Shown one piece after another: positions 60,354 to 64,000 of a DNA stretch of 64,000 nt. The notes beneath the pieces are model-generated. The model did no database searches. It was not told the DNA's origin and worked only from the letters and a program-made list of their open reading frames with translations. The translations under genes were made by a program, and so were the position numbers. Within the stretch, counting starts at the first letter, position 1. Each line of letters begins with the position of its first letter. Origin of the DNA: Lama guanicoe (taxonomy: Eukaryota); NCBI GenBank assembly GCA_013239625.1, contig MU054187.1, positions 14,170,974 to 14,234,973 of the forward strand, given 5' to 3'.

Positions 60354-60805
60354 AGCAATGTAGATAAAAAGTCAATAAAGATGAAAGGCAGGGATTCTTG
60401 TGCTCCAGAGGGTACAATACCCTGAAAATGGTTGCAAAACTCAATTTGTCTACAGGTAGATGCTCCACAGTTTCCATGTCTATGAAATGTGGTGGGGAAA
60501 CGACCAGTACAACAGAGCAGATTACCTTCATGACACAAGTCTTCTCTAGTATATTTAACCCCTTGTAAAAAAGAAAAAGTAATATAATAAACAAATTACA
60601 GGTAAATCTGATATAATGCAAAAGTGAAAACCCGGCCAGCTATCTGATTAACACGGCCAGCATCCCAAGCCCTGCTCCACCCGGGAGAAAGGGGCAGTCA
60701 AAGAAGGAAAAAAACCACATTCAACTCCCTCTTCACTTTAAACCCTGGGAGGGTCGGAGTGCGAACCTGTAAGGGCGTGTCCTTGAGGGATGGATATGGT
60801 CCGTG

Positions 60806-60893
60806 NNNNNNNNNNNNNNNNNNNNNNNNNNNNNNNNNNNNNNNNNNNNNNNNNNNNNNNNNNNNNNNNNNNNNNNNNNNNNNNNNNNNNNNN
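60806..60893. other. Assembly gap (88 N)
   Basis: Run of N inside the GC-rich island. Confidence 1.
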
Positions 60894-61261
60894 GCAACCC
60901 CTGACCCGCCCGCCTGGGTCAGGTCCTCAGCCCCCGCCTTCCCGCCAGCTCTCCAGGAAGTCACGAAAATCCTTGGGGCGACCCATGAGCATCACTAGGC
61001 TAGTTCTCCTTCCTGGGAAGAGGCCAGACCAGCTGCTCTCCGGGACCCACCTCCCTTTCAGCCCTGTCCTTGCCGGCAAGGTCCCCTTCCCGTCTGTGGC
61101 CCGGGCTCCCCCGAGGCCCGCCGGCCTCCTGCACTCACTGTCCCCGCAGCTCCGCCGTGGAGGGAAGGGGCTTCTTCGCGCGCCCGGCCCGCGGCGGCGG
61201 CGCCCAGGTCTCGGGCTCCGGCAGCGGAGTCAGCAGTGACTGCGAGGGCAGCGGACCGCGC

Positions 61262-61279
61262 NNNNNNNNNNNNNNNNNN
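61262..61279. other. Assembly gap (18 N)
   Basis: Run of N inside the GC-rich island. Confidence 1.
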
Positions 61280-63094
61280 GGCCGCGCGCTCGCTCGGGCG
61301 CCGCTCTCGGGGCGAGCATGCTTGGCGGCCGGCAGCCCGGCGACACTCGGGAGCGCGGCGCGCCCGCCGCTCAGCCCCGCCGGCCCGACGCGCGCGGGTT
61401 GCTAGGCGCCCGGAGCTTCCGGGATGCCTGCCTCGCGGAATCGGGTCGAGAGTTAGGGTACACGCCAAGATGGTGCTTGGGCGGCTGCGGGGTCGCTGGG
61501 ACTCACTCGACAACGCTACAGGGTGCCGCCGCCTTCGGGGTCACGGCTGCAGGGGGCACGGTGGGAGGAGGGTGCGGGGACAAGGCTGGGTGAAGAGGAC
61601 TCAGTCGTGACACAAGGTCAGTGGGGCACGAGTGTGGGTAGTGGGCAGCTGGACAAGGTTGGTGAGGTTCAGTTCTCTGGGCTGCATTTTAAAGATTCAA
61701 ACTAACCAGGTTCTCCAGAGTACAGAAGAGTACGGGACCAGCAACACCTGACCAACCCAATCGTCAGTAAGTGACGTCGTTGTCCGAGGTTCCCTCACCG
61801 TGCCCGCGAGTTCCGTGTTCCACGCCTCCTTTGTCTAGGTTCTTTGGTGAGATGTTCGGTGCGGGTCCCCTTCCAAGTTAGAAAGTCTAGCAGCCCGACT
61901 CGCACAGTAGCGTCTTAGCCTCTATTTACTGTCAAATTTTTCTAAACCTTCTGTCTTCATTTCTTGACCCTTCCACAAGGGCTGCAAGTTTAGCCCTGGT
62001 AATATGGTTTCAGATCCCACAAAACTCCTGAAACTGCTCTCAGCTTTTCGTTAAGCTGGATTCTAACCTTCCCTAGCTCCTCTGGTTAAGAAACCAACTC
62101 AAATTAGATGTGCCTTATACTAGCCCCACCACTTAGTTGGGTGGTTCCAGGGTCAGGAAAGTTGGCCCCTCAGCTTAAAAAAAATGGGGGTAGTAGTGCA
62201 TTTACCTAATAGACTAGGCAGCACTTTAAAAAATAACACAAAGGATTTAAAGGGAAAGTCTGGGGCCCATCCCAAAACCAATTAAGAATTCAGTTCTGGG
62301 GTTGCACTCAAAGTGAAGAGCCACCCACCCAGGATTACGTGGGATTAAGTGTACATGTGATCAAATGTTTATTATTAAATGGTCTGTTTTGAATTCTGCT
62401 AAACCCTCCTCTTGGCTTTTACCACCACCTCTCCCCTATCCCACTCTCTACCACCAGGTGCCCAAATTCTACCTCCTCTGTGAAACTTCAAATCCTCACA
62501 GTAGGAACAATCTCCTATATTCCTCTAACATGTTTTCATGAACTACTATCCCTACACAATAAAACTTATTTTTTCCTGAGTAGAATATAATTTTTCCCAG
62601 AAAAAAAATACATGTGTATGTGTGTATATATATTCTAGCCTCTACACCTCCTCTTACCATTCTCTACCCAAACACCCAAGGACTAAAATGTGTTAACACT
62701 GGAGATGGAATAGCTACTGCCTTTGAAATGCTTGATTCATTTAATCAACAAAGCAAAGGGCCTACAATGTACCAGGCATTGTTCTGTTAAAATAAAGAAA
62801 GCTAAGACTCAAGCCTGACAGTGGCTGTGAAAGTATATTCAAACCCTTGAGTGGCTGTGAAAAGCAACAGATAACAAGTAAACGGAACAATTAGTTCATA
62901 CAGTAACTGATGCTATGGGAAAAACAAGGTTATTTGGAGAAATGTGTCAGAGATCTCTTTTTCCAGAATGAAAAAGCCAAGTACAGACCTCAGGGCTGAA
63001 TATTCCAGACTCAAGATTCCAAGTGCCAAGACCTTACACTGGAAGCTTGCCATTTTTGAGGAACAAGAAAAAATACAGCTGGGAGCCATAAAGA

Positions 63095-63548
63095 TCAAAG
63101 AATGACCCTCTCAAATATCTCTCTGCCTTAATTTCTAGAATTTGTGACCATGCTATACCTCTGTACACTTTGCAGATGTACTTACATTAAGGAATCTGAG
63201 ATGGGGAATTATCCTGGATTATCTGGGTGGCCCAACAAAAGCACAAGAGTCCGTGTAAGAGGCAGGCAGGAGGATCAGAGCCAGAGAGATGATGGAAGGA
63301 TGGAAATAGAGATTACACTCTGAAGATGGACGAAGGGGACACAAGCCAAGAAAACTTCTAGAAGCTGGAAAAGGCAAGGAAACAGATCATCCCCTGGAGA
63401 CTTCGAAAGGCAGACAGGCCTGCTGACCCCTTAAGTTAGCCCAGTGAAACTGATTTTGAACTTCCAACCCCCCAAACTATTAGGAGTTTGTATTTTAAGT
63501 CATGTAGGTTTCTGGTAATTTGTTACAGCAGCAATAGGAAAACACTTA
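63095..63548 (+). mobile_element. MLT1 (C/D-like) solo LTR
   Basis: TTTGCAGATGT...ATTATCCTGGATTATCTGGGTGG...CTAGAAGCTGGAAAAGGCAAGGAAACAGAT...TTTGTTACAGCAGCAATAGGAAA. Confidence 0.85.
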
Positions 63549-63869
63549 GCACCTACTGTGTCATATGTCAGGTACTGGGTAGAAAAAAAAAAGGCCTGCC
63601 TTACAAAGTTCACTGCCCAAGAGAAGAGAGGCTCGCGTATGAGAGCAATGTTTTGGCTGGTTTGATACCAAATCTGTAAAGAAAAACAGGAGGGGGCCAG
63701 AAAGTTGTCAGTCTCCTGTGGAAGTGGTCCCCAATGACACCTTAAGAGGCTGTGACATCTTAGACATCCTTGTAGCAGTTGTGCTAAGTCTGTCTTGTCC
63801 ATTAGACCTACACACGAAAGCAGACTACCTGCACCTGTACACCCGTCTAAGTGCTCAAGTTACAGAGCA

Positions 63870-64000
63870 AACAGTATTTACTTAGCACTTTGGGCCAGGC
63901 ACCGCCCTAAGCACTTCACGTGACCTGACATATTTAATCTTTATCAAGACTCTATGAAATTAGGTACCATTATTTCCCCCATTTTGCTGATTAAAGAAAC
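63870..64000 (-). mobile_element. MIR fragment
   Basis: CCAGGCACCGCCCTAAGCACTT...ATTTAATCTT...AGGTACCATTATTTCCCCCATTTT. Confidence 0.7.

Larger units (their letters stand above)
60630..61920. promoter_or_regulatory. CpG island; probable distal promoter and first non-coding exon of C8orf89
   Basis: Very high GC and CpG density against a CpG-depleted background; minus-strand donor ACA|GTGAGT at 61139/61138; X-box-like, ETS, CCAAT and CRE-like motifs. Confidence 0.8.

Noticed and set aside
60790..61610. Overlapping 90-150 aa Arg/Ala/Gly-rich ORFs in the CpG island
   Set aside because: Expected from stop-poor GC-rich DNA; several span N gaps or use non-ATG starts. The minus-strand ORF 61058..61513 meets the donor in phase 0, which is out of frame with the C8orf89 ATG exon.

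Overview
Repeat-rich mammalian genomic DNA, not prokaryotic. The tRNA-Ala-like SINE family and the L1 3' ends suggest a camelid (inference). One protein-coding gene is supported: a minus-strand gene with four coding exons (49521-49395, 47846-47693, 44681-44626, 41652-41504; all introns GT-AG). They join into an intact 486-nt, 161-aa ORF ([15 protein letters not shown]...[32 protein letters not shown]...PRDC*) that I recognise as the C8orf89 orthologue. A CpG island with two assembly gaps at about 60.6-61.9 kb is its likely distal promoter, and there is a candidate 43-nt 5'UTR exon at 55528-55570. The first ~41 kb is intergenic: L1, L2 and MIR relics, several solo LTRs, an end-to-end MER45-type hAT transposon, a strong CTCF motif and a candidate enhancer. 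Nearly all ORFs in the supplied track are spurious or repeat-derived. I found no convincing novel biological system; the best leads concern the 5' structure and regulation of C8orf89. Repeat family names are from recognition, not a database search, and boundaries without target-site duplications (TSDs) are approximate.
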